Positions 1-11,021 of a stretch of DNA of 64,000 nucleotides are shown here, piece after piece. The notes under the pieces were generated by a model. That model was not told where the DNA came from. It saw only the letters and a program-made list of their open reading frames with translations, and ran no database searches. Where the stretch lies: assembly GCA_022712945.1 (NCBI GenBank), contig JAFLJP010000104.1, forward strand, positions 76,447 through 140,446. Direction: 5' to 3'. The stretch's first letter is position 1; each line of letters starts with the position of its first letter. This DNA is from Gammaproteobacteria bacterium (GTDB taxonomy: Bacteria; Pseudomonadota; Gammaproteobacteria; RBG-16-57-12). Position numbers and translations under genes: made by a program.

Positions 1-946
<946 letters not shown>

Positions 947-1332
947 TGTATTATTCCTATTCAAATACTTTTTAACTTATTATTAGTTATATACTTTTTC
1001 GTTATTATCCCGAACATTTCATAAGCCACCACCCCACGCTAATGGATGATGAAAATTTTGTATATTCATTACAAGCTGAGCTTCTATCCCTGATTTATTT
1101 ATCCAAACATTAATTTTTTCACAACGTGAATGAAAACGATACCTGAAATAATTGGGGGCAGAATAAAATAAAATATGGAATTCTGAAAGAAGTGAAGAGG
1201 GTCGCCCAGAAAGTGGGGGAACTAATGAACGAAAATGATCGATTGGCTTTAATTTTACTCTGACCCCAAATATTATTATTCAGCAGCTCGCCCAGTGAGC
1301 CACGCCACAAAAAAACACCTACCCCGGTTGGC

Positions 1333-3141
1333 TTGTACCAATTGGCTATTAGGAATATAATCCAGAGAGGGATTTTCCGCGATGTTATGGATCTATATAT
1401 GGCTAGGCAATATTGGTGGTTGGCGGCTCTATTACCACTTTTTTTAATCGGTTGCCCGGCCCAATCACCAGAAAGTGAATCCGCCGCGGGTGATGATGAG
1501 AGTATGGTCTTCATGGAGACTTTTTCCGGCACTGGACTGCGCACAGCCGCCACTCTGGGCTCCACCTCCCTCGATACCCTGCGCATGGCTCACCAGGACT
1601 TTGCACTGGCTGACTATCGTCGCCTCGCCTTCAAGGAGAGCAATATCATCACCTCTGTGGTGGATACACAGTTACTGTTGAGCATGGTTTCGTTGGGAGC
1701 GGCAGGCACCACCTTGAGTGCAGTGAACAACGCCAGCGGGTTTGTTCTTGATGGTGAACTCCCCCATGCGTTGGTTAACGAGTGGGATCAGCACCTTGCC
1801 GACCAGGCGGGCATCCAGGTGCAGCGCTATTTGTGGGGTCAGGAGCGTTACCCGTTTGCCGAAGAGTATCTCGACAGTCAGGTCAGTTTTTATGGACCGG
1901 AGATGATGGCCTTGGATTTCCAAACAGCTGCTACGAACTCAGCAATTCAGATTAATGGAACCCTGCCTAACCTACCACAGAGCGATTTTATCGATCACCG
2001 CTCTCGTCTGGTGATAGCCCAAAGCCTGGAAGCCAGCCGGACTTGGTCGGCCGAGCTCGACCAGGAGAGCTTCAGTGGACGGTTTGCTGTTGGTGATGGC
2101 CAGCGGCAGCTGGATATGATGCGTTTTCAGGGGTTGTTGAGTATCACCGAGAGTGAAGAATACCGCGCAGTGGAGATTCCACTTGCTGGCCAAGAGCTGG
2201 CCTTGCTTATCATAGAGCCCAAAGTTTCGCTTGCTGCAGTACAGAATAACCTTGATCAGGCGGGCTTTCAAAATATATTGGAGCAACTACGGCTACAGCA
2301 ATCGGAAGTGGTGGTGCCTCTGTTTGATATAAGGGTTGAGTTTCGTGATGATGATGTGGCCGACTTGGGGGTGGCGCTGGTAGAGTCTGATGACGCTGTG
2401 GAGTCCGGCATTGCCCCGGGTTCGAATGTAATCATCATCGATACTGAGATAATGGAAGAGGGAGAGTCCCTGCCGGCCATGGAAGAAGCCTCCGATAGTG
2501 AAGCCAACTTCTATTCAGTGAATGAGGCGGGCTATCTTTATCTCAATGGCCTCAGGCAGTGGGTTGCGGTTGCGGTTACAACGGAGGGTATCTCGACTGT
2601 GGCGGCCAGCGCAGTCGCACATCAAGCAAAGCATAGTGAGCCGGGCTGGTTGTTTGATGGAGGAGAGAGTGACAATCGGCCTGGCCTTGTCACAACTACT
2701 CAGGGTTCTAGCTCCATCCCCTGCTACTATCCGCCTGATCAGCAGCCATTTTTGTTTGTACTCTACGCCAAAACCAGTGGTGTCCTGCTTGCTACGGGCC
2801 ATGTGAGCGAGCCGAAAGGGGAGGAGGTAGCGGCCGATTGGATGGACGATCTGGGTTGGCCTGGGTGTGGTGAGAGCCCACCGGTTAAAATTTATCAACA
2901 CGCTGGCGCTGTGCAGTGTGAATCCAATGGTGTCGATCCTTATACCATGAGGGATGAGCTACTCGGCGCTGGCATCAATGTATTGGATTGGGGCCGGGGA
3001 AGTAACGGGTCTGTCTATATCAGCCTGTGTGGTGTGACAACGGGGGATATCAACTACTTTACTATTCGTGAGCAGGATATTGAGCTGGCCCAACGATTAG
3101 GATTTTCACTTTTATCTGAGCTGGAAAACCCGACTTTATAG
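1333..3141 (+). CDS. Lipoprotein of the serpin (serine protease inhibitor) family with a C-terminal extension of about 110 aa.
   Basis: Lipobox LFLIGC. Serpin-like blocks are NIITSVVDTQLLLSMVSLGAAGTTLSAV, FYGPEMMALDFQ, ALLIIEP, VVVPLFDIRVEFRDDDVADLGVAL, a hinge-like VTTEGISTVAASAVA, and the C-terminal PFLFVLYAKTSGVLLATGHV. The true start may be downstream of 1333. Confidence 0.55.
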   Translation: MYQLAIRNIIQRGIFRDVMDLYMARQYWWLAALLPLFLIGCPAQSPESESAAGDDESMVFMETFSGTGLRTAATLGSTSLDTLRMAHQDFALADYRRLAFKESNIITSVVDTQLLLSMVSLGAAGTTLSAVNNASGFVLDGELPHALVNEWDQHLADQAGIQVQRYLWGQERYPFAEEYLDSQVSFYGPEMMALDFQTAATNSAIQINGTLPNLPQSDFIDHRSRLVIAQSLEASRTWSAELDQESFSGRFAVGDGQRQLDMMRFQGLLSITESEEYRAVEIPLAGQELALLIIEPKVSLAAVQNNLDQAGFQNILEQLRLQQSEVVVPLFDIRVEFRDDDVADLGVALVESDDAVESGIAPGSNVIIIDTEIMEEGESLPAMEEASDSEANFYSVNEAGYLYLNGLRQWVAVAVTTEGISTVAASAVAHQAKHSEPGWLFDGGESDNRPGLVTTTQGSSSIPCYYPPDQQPFLFVLYAKTSGVLLATGHVSEPKGEEVAADWMDDLGWPGCGESPPVKIYQHAGAVQCESNGVDPYTMRDELLGAGINVLDWGRGSNGSVYISLCGVTTGDINYFTIREQDIELAQRLGFSLLSELENPTL

Positions 3142-3203
3142 GCACACAGGCCAGGTTTGAGCCACTACAAAGGTTACTCAACACCGGTCCCCTGAGAAAA
3201 GGG

Positions 3204-3251
3204 GGCAAAAAGACAAGTAAGAGCGGTGTTTTAATAAATTCTACATCCCTA
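3204..3251 (-). repeat. Half-copy of the miniature inverted-repeat element.
   Basis: ggcaaaaagacaagtaagagcggtgttttaataaattctacatcccta is the reverse complement of the element's right half. Confidence 0.65.
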
Positions 3252-3270
3252 ACGCAATATTCAACCGACA

Positions 3271-4734
3271 TTACTGCTCATACTCTGGTGGAGGCTGGAA
3301 ACCTCCTGTTACTGACTCAATGGTGAGAGCATCATCAAGTAATTTTTCATCACACCAACGCTTTCCGACCACCTGCACTCCAACAGGCAAACCATTCACA
3401 ACACCCGAGGGTAAGGCGACAACCGGGCTTCCCGTCAATGAAAAGGGAGTCGTCATACTCACGGTTCCTTCAAGATATGAAAGTTGGTGATCATCCACCA
3501 TAATCGCTGGTGGCTTCATAAACCTGCCTGATTTCCCATGGGGGAAAGCGACACTTGGTGTCACCGGACAAATCCAGACATCCCACTTTTCAAAAAACTG
3601 TTCTAATTTTGAAATCAGGCGTTCTCTTATATTGAGTGCCTCATTGTATCGCTTCCAACTAAAAGCCGTGCCCAACGCAAAAGAACGAAGGAGTGGTTGA
3701 GATTTTGGCAAAAATCCTCTGATCAATGACAAGGGGAGTCGCTCTATAGCCGGCATTCCCAAGCCAACCTCCGTGCCCATTATAATGCCACAGGCGTACC
3801 ATGCATCTTCAAAATCAAAGCCATCAGGAGAGCAGCGTTCAACCGTTATTCCTGCAGCAGTTAACCGCTCGATCGTCGTATCCAGGCCTGTTCTTGTGCG
3901 ACTGCAGATGGGGAGACCTGCAAAATCATCCCACCATGCCACCCGCAACGGGCGAGTCGTTCGAGAGGAAGAGAGAGAAGCACTGGCTGATATTGGAGGA
4001 ACTTCACTATCCATACCATCGGGACCTGAAATAGTGTCAAACCCCAAGCGGAGATCATCAACACATCGTGCGAGTAGACCAAACGACATCAAATGACGTA
4101 CTGAACGCTCCGTATCCGGGAGGTGTGGAATATGGCCTGTTCGAGGGATTCTGTTCTCAGTGGCTTTCAGACCTGCGACACCACAATAAGCTGCCGGAAT
4201 ACGTATTGATCCGGCAAGATCACTACCGATATCCAGAAATGAAAAGTTCATGGCAACTGCGGCGGCACTGCCACCAGAACTTCCACCACTGGTAAGCGCA
4301 AGATTCCACGGATTATTTGTTCGACCAAACAATGGACTCCAGCATTGAAGGTCCCCAGCAAGTTGTGGCAAGTTTGTTTTGCCGAGAACAATCGCGCCAG
4401 CCTCTTTCATTCGCTTAACCACCGTTGCATCATTTTCTGGAATATAATTTTTAAGGGGCGGATAACTACTGGTTGTTCTGATACCTTGCGTTTCAAAAGC
4501 ATCTTTTATCGATATAGGTACCCCAAAAAGAGCTGGCAAATCTTGACCTTGATTCAACCGAAAAGAGTCCATCGCTATAGCCGTATTGATCGCCTTCTCT
4601 TTATCTATCGTCACCATGGCATTGATTGCCTTATTGTAGCGCTCAACTCGACCCAGGCAGGCTTGTACTGTGTCAACAATAGAGACCTTCCCTTCACATA
4701 TTGATTGATTTAACTGTTTCGCAGAGTGATGCAT
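3271..4734 (-). CDS. Amidase-signature family amidase (GatA-like).
   Basis: Glycine- and serine-rich amidase signature GGSSGGSAAAVA. Length of 487 aa is typical of the family. Confidence 0.8.
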   Translation of the reverse strand: MHHSAKQLNQSICEGKVSIVDTVQACLGRVERYNKAINAMVTIDKEKAINTAIAMDSFRLNQGQDLPALFGVPISIKDAFETQGIRTTSSYPPLKNYIPENDATVVKRMKEAGAIVLGKTNLPQLAGDLQCWSPLFGRTNNPWNLALTSGGSSGGSAAAVAMNFSFLDIGSDLAGSIRIPAAYCGVAGLKATENRIPRTGHIPHLPDTERSVRHLMSFGLLARCVDDLRLGFDTISGPDGMDSEVPPISASASLSSSRTTRPLRVAWWDDFAGLPICSRTRTGLDTTIERLTAAGITVERCSPDGFDFEDAWYACGIIMGTEVGLGMPAIERLPLSLIRGFLPKSQPLLRSFALGTAFSWKRYNEALNIRERLISKLEQFFEKWDVWICPVTPSVAFPHGKSGRFMKPPAIMVDDHQLSYLEGTVSMTTPFSLTGSPVVALPSGVVNGLPVGVQVVGKRWCDEKLLDDALTIESVTGGFQPPPEYEQ

Positions 4735-4735
4735 A

Positions 4736-5149
4736 TCAGGCGGTACCCCTTGGGGCCATTAATACCGCAAAAAAACAGAAAAAAGCCATAAAAAGAAAGG
4801 CCACGGGTACGATAAAAAAATACTTTATTGATATGGCCAATGAGATAAGTGACACAATAACATTCACCAAAACCACACGCTTTCGAGGAGTGATAGAGGC
4901 CTCCAGAAGTGATAGATTTAACACACCAAAACCAATTAACAACCCCCCCATCATGAGACTAAAACCCTCATGGAAAAGGTATAAATTTGACTCTGAACCT
5001 GACATTGAAATCGAAAAACTTTTCATCTCCTCTATTATTTTGTCTCTTTCAGGTGTACTCGGAATAAGCATGGATGTCACAATATGACCGATACCGACCA
5101 AAACAAATGACCAACATCCTGCTTTATAAAGCATAGGTAATGAATTCAT
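4736..5149 (-). CDS. Small hydrophobic membrane protein of unknown function.
   Basis: 137-aa ORF with 3-4 predicted transmembrane segments. Its stop abuts the amidase start, which suggests an operon. Confidence 0.4.
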   Translation of the reverse strand: MNSLPMLYKAGCWSFVLVGIGHIVTSMLIPSTPERDKIIEEMKSFSISMSGSESNLYLFHEGFSLMMGGLLIGFGVLNLSLLEASITPRKRVVLVNVIVSLISLAISIKYFFIVPVAFLFMAFFCFFAVLMAPRGTA

Positions 5150-5239
5150 AGGGACTCCTCTCTATTTGCTATGTACGTTTGCGTACAATCAGTATTGTAC
5201 GCTGCCGTACACAATGTCAAGATGACGAAGGAATATCAA

Positions 5240-5790
5240 TGCCCAAACATATTGTGACGAGAGAGGATTGGCTCAACCTGGGTTTGAAATGTTTAAATGA
5301 AAAAGGTAAATCAGCTTTAGCTGTAGAGAAAATGGCAAAATTACTTGGTGTCAGTAAAACAAGCTATTACTGGTACTTTAAGAGACAAAGTGATTTTTTG
5401 CTTGAGCTGGCAGCTCACTGGGAACAAGAGGGGACAAAATCTTATATTGAAGCGTCTAAAAAATATCACTCCGACAAAAAAAAGCTATACCACTTAACAA
5501 AAGAGGTCTTTATACACGGACACAACCTGAACTCAATACGGTTTTGGCGCGATATCTCCCAAGAGAACGATACTATCGACCAGCGGGTTAAAGGGGTTGA
5601 AACTCAAAGAATCAAGTATCTTCAAACATTGCTTACTTCAGAGTTTGATAATAATGAAGCACTCCACCGGGCTGACCTGCTGTATCACTATTTTTTGGGT
5701 TGGAGTGAGCGACATAGAGGCATCACCATTGATGAAAGTGAGTTTCACTCTCTCTGGAAAAATATTCTTGAGCCCATGGTTAAAAAATAG
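5240..5790 (+). CDS. TetR-family transcriptional regulator.
   Basis: N-terminal helix-turn-helix LAVEKMAKLLGVSKTSYYWYFK. Divergent from the membrane-protein/amidase operon. The start is taken at MPKHIV; the ORF is open from 5179. Confidence 0.7.
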
Positions 5791-5904
5791 TAAACACTAC
5801 ACTGGAGTCTGTTGATGAAAAACCCTAATCCATATTAGGAATCAACCCCGTTAGCTACCTAAGAGTGATACAGCTCAATCGTGCACACCAAGCACCATGC
5901 CCAA

Positions 5905-6792
5905 CTACCAAGCATACTCTTCCCGATCCTTATACGGGACTTGAGCCGCCTGAACCAACTTGTCCTTAATATTGATTAAATAGTTTGCCATAAAGTGATC
6001 TTTCACACTTTCATGCCCCAGATTGCCCCAAAAGCTTGCTACTGATTTTCGCTCTGCATTGTGCTCATCAAGATAAACATAATATTGATCTTTCAGCAGA
6101 ATCACCTCATCGCCAAAATGCTCATAGCGACCATGCAGTGAATCCAACAAGGTGACCGGTGGGACCAGCGGCACAAGATCATTTTCATCCACAACCCGCG
6201 TCAGGGGTAAAAAGGCGTAGCGATCAGCCCCTTTTTTATTAGTCACTTTTGGCTGGCCAAAGTTAATGGATGGCTTTACCTGAAAGCCATCTTCATGCAG
6301 GTAGATCATTAACAGCGTCGAAATGGCTGCCCCTAAAGAGTGGCCGGTAACATAAATCGGCTGTTTTTTATCCAGATGAGGCAGTAGCTCTGCATAGATT
6401 TTTATCGTATCTTCATTAAACCCCCGGTGAACATAGATACCCAGCTTGTCGTTTTTCATTGGCAGGTATTCTAAATCTTCCAAACCATTTTTCAGATTGG
6501 CAGTGCCACGTATGGAAACAACCTGATATTTTTTCTGTGGTGCCTGCTCTAGAAAATACTGCACATCGGTATCGGCTACTTGTGCAACACGAATGGTGTG
6601 TGGGAATTTATCTCTGATTTGTGCCTCGTCCATGTAAGCTGCATTTGCCCGCTCGGCAAACCATGCAACCTGATCAAAGTCGATCTGCTTCAGCGCTTGC
6701 ACCTTCTGGTCTTCTCTAAATGCCTGACTGTCACAGGCACTAATAAACAGCAGGGATAACAAGAGAATGGATAATATTTTCATAGTGGCCAC
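5905..6792 (-). CDS. Secreted class-3 lipase (alpha/beta hydrolase).
   Basis: Signal peptide MKILSILLLSLLFISA. Nucleophile elbow GHSLGAA, as in fungal-type lipase_3 proteins. Confidence 0.7.
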   Translation of the reverse strand: MATMKILSILLLSLLFISACDSQAFREDQKVQALKQIDFDQVAWFAERANAAYMDEAQIRDKFPHTIRVAQVADTDVQYFLEQAPQKKYQVVSIRGTANLKNGLEDLEYLPMKNDKLGIYVHRGFNEDTIKIYAELLPHLDKKQPIYVTGHSLGAAISTLLMIYLHEDGFQVKPSINFGQPKVTNKKGADRYAFLPLTRVVDENDLVPLVPPVTLLDSLHGRYEHFGDEVILLKDQYYVYLDEHNAERKSVASFWGNLGHESVKDHFMANYLINIKDKLVQAAQVPYKDREEYAW

Positions 6793-6940
6793 TGTTTTAA
6801 GTTATTGACATCACAATGATACCCACTATCCCCTCCTCTTTTAACCCTAATTTTTTACACACATTAAACACCGGGCAACCCTGGCCTGAGTAATTCCATC
6901 TCAAATACCAATATAAGCAGCACTTCTACAGATTATTGAA

Positions 6941-7777
6941 TTACTCCCTACTCTGCTGCAACAGTAATTTCAGCTCGTTGATATCCTGTTTCAAATCCTT
7001 AATCTCTTCACTCAATTGATGGTGTTCCGTTTGTACCACAGTGGTTATCGCCTCTTTATCCTGTTCATCTTTACCCGCTTGCACACTTTGCATCGCATCA
7101 ATAATAATCGCAATAAACAGATTCAGCATGGTGAAAGTGGCAATTAGAATAAAGGGGATGAAAAATGCCCACGCATAAGTGTGGGTCTCCATCACCGGCC
7201 TGACAATGCCCATGGACCAGCTCTCCAGTGTCATCACCTGAAACAGGGTGTACATTGAACTACCCAGTGAGCCAAACCACTCAGGATAGTCACTACCAAA
7301 CAGCTCGGTGGACATCACTGAAAAGACATAAAAGATGATCGACATCAAACCCGCTACTGAAGCGATACCGGGAATGGCACTCAACAGCGCCTCAGCAACC
7401 ACTCGCAACTGAGGGACTAGTGATATAAGGCGCAGTACTCGTAAAACACGCAACACCCGCAGCACCTCAAGTGGGCCACTGGTGGGAATTAAGGCGATGG
7501 CTACAATCAGGAAATCAAAAACATTCCATGCACTGCTAAAAAAACGCCCCCTAAAAGCAAATAACTTCACACTGATTTCAATCACAAAAATAGTCAGCAC
7601 CACATTATCCACCAAGCGAAGCCAATAACCGTACTGTGCCTCCAGAGCATCTGAGGTCGCGATGCCAAGGGTAATTGCATTTAATATAATCAGTGTAATA
7701 ATCAGATATTGAATCGGTTTCGACTCTACCCACATACCGGCGCGGGTACGCAAAGATTGATCGCTTTTCATGCTCAC
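6941..7777 (-). CDS. Bacterial voltage-gated sodium channel of the NaChBac/NavBac family (single six-transmembrane domain).
   Basis: S4 voltage sensor LRVLRVLRVLRLISL. Pore and selectivity filter FQVMTLESWSM (NaChBac has TLESWAS). S6 is followed by a C-terminal coiled coil (EEIKDLKQDINELKLLLQQS). Confidence 0.8.
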   Translation of the reverse strand: MSMKSDQSLRTRAGMWVESKPIQYLIITLIILNAITLGIATSDALEAQYGYWLRLVDNVVLTIFVIEISVKLFAFRGRFFSSAWNVFDFLIVAIALIPTSGPLEVLRVLRVLRVLRLISLVPQLRVVAEALLSAIPGIASVAGLMSIIFYVFSVMSTELFGSDYPEWFGSLGSSMYTLFQVMTLESWSMGIVRPVMETHTYAWAFFIPFILIATFTMLNLFIAIIIDAMQSVQAGKDEQDKEAITTVVQTEHHQLSEEIKDLKQDINELKLLLQQSRE

Positions 7778-7895
7778 CTCGTTATAAATTTTTCAACTCG
7801 GCGTTATACCATTAACGCACTAAAATAGTGAGTTATTTTTTGATTTCGCCCCACTTATACAAAACTCTCTTCAGCACATTGCTCAAGGGAAAAAT

Positions 7896-8303
7896 ATGAG
7901 CCGTACCTTTAACCTCACTTGCCACAAAAAACCACTACGAGGTGGTGAGAGTGCGATCAATATTGCCCTTGTGGGTATTCCCAATAGTGACAAGAGCACT
8001 CTTTTTGAGGCGGTCTCCAGCACTCAGCCAAGCCACACTGGTACCCAGCAGCTCTATCGCCAATGTAGGTTGAGGTGGGCCTGAATGAGGTTTCTCTTAA
8101 TTGACCTGCCCAGCATTCAATCACTGCATCAGCAGCCGGGAGATGAGCTGGTCACCCTTAAATATCTGCTGCGGACGACCAGCGCCCTCTGGTCTCTCGC
8201 CATAAAAGCCCCGAGCCACCCGCGCTATGCTCCACCGGATGTTATTATTCAAGTAGTTGAGCCAGCGCGCTGGAGCGCATTTGGAGCTAACCCAAGAGTT
8301 TAG
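7896..8303 (+). pseudogene. feoB: feoB-like GTPase-domain remnant. It carries an in-frame stop and a degraded G1 motif, and is truncated by the repeat element.
   Basis: The ORFs 7896-8084 and 8085-8303 are in the same frame, separated by TGA. They encode INIALVGIPNSDKSTLFEAV, a G1-like motif with D in place of the second G, and LLIDLPSIQSL...DVIIQVVE, a FeoB G3-like region. Coding ends where the repeat copy starts at 8301. Confidence 0.5.
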
Positions 8304-8355
8304 GGATGTAGAATTTATTAAAATACCGCTCTTACTTGCCTTTTCGCCCACCCTC
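8301..8355 (+). repeat. Half-copy of the AGGGATGTAGAA-terminated miniature inverted-repeat element.
   Basis: tagggatgtagaatttattaaaataccgctcttacttgcc matches the element core seen at 44284-44334. Confidence 0.7.
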
Positions 8356-8559
8356 TCTGTGATGGTAGCTCTACTTTAGAGGGGCTTCGGTGGGCTTCAG
8401 GGTAAACATCATCTATTAACTTGCTGCACAAAAATCAATAAACTGGGGTTTACTGGAGTCAATGGGGCCACGCTCACCGCCGTTACATTTTGATACAAAT
8501 ATCGTACACGTTGATAACAGCTAGTCGCTACAATCTAGAGATCATCTGAGGTAAATAGC

Positions 8560-9300
8560 GTGCATTTTAATTCATTAACCCACGAAACAGATATCCGAAT
8601 ATTACTGATTGAAGACGACATCCGGCTCTCTACGCTCATACAGGAGTATTTGCAGCAGCAGGCAATGACCGTCACGATTGAACACAGAGGTGATGCCGCC
8701 TGCCAGCGTATCGTATCCGAAGCACCTGATCTGGTCATATTAGACCTGATGTTGCCAGGAATGGATGGGTTGGAAATATGCAAAGCTGTGCGACCAAAAT
8801 ACCCGGGGCCAATCCTGATGCTAACGGCACGGGATGAAGATATTGATCAGGTGGTTGGTCTGGAAATCGGTGCTGATGACTACGTCACCAAACCGGTACA
8901 ACCCCGGGTATTGCTGGCTCATATTCGTGCTTTGTTGCGCCGTTTTCCTGCGCAATCCTCACAAGAAATACCACCGAAAAAGAGCCCTGATGATATTCAG
9001 TATCACCACTTTCGCATCAGTACCACCGCCCGTGAAGTGTGGCTGAATGGCACGGCACTGGATATCACCACCAATGAATTTGAACTGTTGTGGTTACTGG
9101 CCAGCCACGCTGGGGAGGTGTTAACCCGGGACACTATTCTGGATCAACTGCGTGGCATCGATTATAACGGAGTAGATCGTTCTGTGGATATTCGGATCTC
9201 CCGCCTGCGAAAAAAGCTAGGCGACAATACCAGCCGCCCCTTCCGCATTAAAACCATTCGCGGAAAAGGTTATCTGTTTGTCAAAGAAGCTTGGAAATAG
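8560..9300 (+). CDS. OmpR-family two-component response regulator.
   Basis: Receiver domain motif ILLIEDD...DLVILDLMLPGMDG, followed by a C-terminal winged-helix DNA-binding domain. Confidence 0.85.
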   Translation: MHFNSLTHETDIRILLIEDDIRLSTLIQEYLQQQAMTVTIEHRGDAACQRIVSEAPDLVILDLMLPGMDGLEICKAVRPKYPGPILMLTARDEDIDQVVGLEIGADDYVTKPVQPRVLLAHIRALLRRFPAQSSQEIPPKKSPDDIQYHHFRISTTAREVWLNGTALDITTNEFELLWLLASHAGEVLTRDTILDQLRGIDYNGVDRSVDIRISRLRKKLGDNTSRPFRIKTIRGKGYLFVKEAWK

Positions 9301-9309
9301 AGATAAAAA

Positions 9310-10890
9310 ATGGGACACCTTTTTTTAAAGCTCTATTCAGTTTTTGCCCTCGCCGTGATCATCTATTTTATCGGCATATCCAATCTCAACACTATTCTGC
9401 AAGGCCCAATAGAGCACTACTTGAGCGATACAACCCAAGGAACCTTTACCCTACTGGAAAAACGCTTGCAAACAAAAGCCGAAGCAGAGTGGCCGGAGTT
9501 GGTCGATGAACTGAACCAGGGTGGCGGTTACGCGATACGTTTGCTCAACGTTGACTCTCTCACTTTCTCCCTAGCCATGATGGAACGGCTGAACCGTGGC
9601 GCAATGGTATTCACCAATACCGATGACACTATTCACTGTTATAAACGTATCTCCAACAGCCAGTGGGCAGTAGAGTTCCCCTTCGGGCAGAGTGAAACAG
9701 CTGATAGCCAACGCCTCTCCAATAGCACTTTCAACCTGATTGAAATGAGCCTGCGCGAACAGCCTCAAGAGAGTTGGCCAGCCACAATGAGCAACATAAA
9801 CAGACACTTCGAGTTCCCTGCAGTGTTGCTGAAAGAAGAACACATTAGGCTCTCCCCTTCACAGTTAAAGAGTCTGGAAAACGCCGAGATTGCAGTGCAA
9901 AAGACTGGTGATGCTGATTTCCTCTACCGTCACCTAGCGGGAAGCCCCTACGTTATAAAACTGGGGCCGTTTGATGAACCACTCACACTCAGCTACGTAA
10001 GATCCATTACGATGCTGTCGCTCGCCGCTCTGGTGGCGCTGGCTGTACTGCTCTGGGTCTTTCCGCTATGGCGGGACCTCAAACAGCTAAATATCAACAC
10101 CCGTGCCTTTGGCCAAGGCGATTTCAGCATGCGCTCGACACTATCTAAACACTCGATTTTGCGCGCTCTTTCTGAAACATTTAATGACATGACAGACCGT
10201 ATTCAACGTCTGATTTCTTCACATAAAGAGCTCACCAATGCCGTCTCCCATGAGCTGCGAACACCGCTTGCCCGGCTACGGTTTGGTATGGAAATGTTAA
10301 GATCATCTTCCAATGAAGCAGACAGAAAACGCTATATGGCCAGCATGAATGCAGATATTGATGAATTGGATCAATTGGTAGTCGAACTGTTGACCTATGC
10401 TCGCTTTGATCGTGACAAACCAGAATTAAAATTTCAACGCCAAGCCATTAAGCCCTGGCTTGAGACACTCATTCGGCAAACAAAAACTGGGGAAGAGCAT
10501 TTATCAATCAGCCTGAAAACAAGCACAAGCAACCCCAAACATGCTCACTTTGAAGCCAGATTAATGGCTCGTGCGGTGGGCAATCTACTGCAAAACGCAA
10601 AACGCTATGCACAAACCAAGGTCTGCATCACCGTTGCACAAGACAGTCAAAACTATCAGATCATGGTTGATGATGACGGGACGGGCATTCCTGAACATGA
10701 ACGAGAACCTATTTTTGAAGCATTCAAACGGCTCGATGCCAGTCGTGACCGAGGCACCGGCGGTTATGGTCTCGGTTTGGCCATCGTGCAGCGCATCTGC
10801 CAATGGCATAACGGTACCATCACCGTTGAAAATTCTCCGCTGGGTGGAGCCCGGTTTATTATCTGTTGGCCAAAGAGAGACCCGCTCTGA
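9310..10890 (+). CDS. Sensor histidine kinase with a periplasmic sensing domain, HAMP, HisKA and HATPase_c domains.
   Basis: Two transmembrane segments. H-box SHELRTPLARL. Its start is 10 nt downstream of the regulator's stop, on the same strand. Confidence 0.85.
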   Translation: MGHLFLKLYSVFALAVIIYFIGISNLNTILQGPIEHYLSDTTQGTFTLLEKRLQTKAEAEWPELVDELNQGGGYAIRLLNVDSLTFSLAMMERLNRGAMVFTNTDDTIHCYKRISNSQWAVEFPFGQSETADSQRLSNSTFNLIEMSLREQPQESWPATMSNINRHFEFPAVLLKEEHIRLSPSQLKSLENAEIAVQKTGDADFLYRHLAGSPYVIKLGPFDEPLTLSYVRSITMLSLAALVALAVLLWVFPLWRDLKQLNINTRAFGQGDFSMRSTLSKHSILRALSETFNDMTDRIQRLISSHKELTNAVSHELRTPLARLRFGMEMLRSSSNEADRKRYMASMNADIDELDQLVVELLTYARFDRDKPELKFQRQAIKPWLETLIRQTKTGEEHLSISLKTSTSNPKHAHFEARLMARAVGNLLQNAKRYAQTKVCITVAQDSQNYQIMVDDDGTGIPEHEREPIFEAFKRLDASRDRGTGGYGLGLAIVQRICQWHNGTITVENSPLGGARFIICWPKRDPL

Positions 10891-11021
10891 ACAAGTCAAG
10901 ACCTCTTTATGCTGGCTGAAACCACTCTGTTACATAAGGTTACATTTCACAACACTCTTCCAATAGACTTCACCCACTCACCACTTTAAACTCACGAAAA
11001 TAAGAAAAAAAGGAGTTTTGG

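Noticed and set aside
1119-1586. 155-aa ORF on the minus strand.
   Set aside because: It overlaps the 5' region and promoter of the serpin lipoprotein gene, lies in an AT-rich spacer and has no motifs. It is likely spurious.
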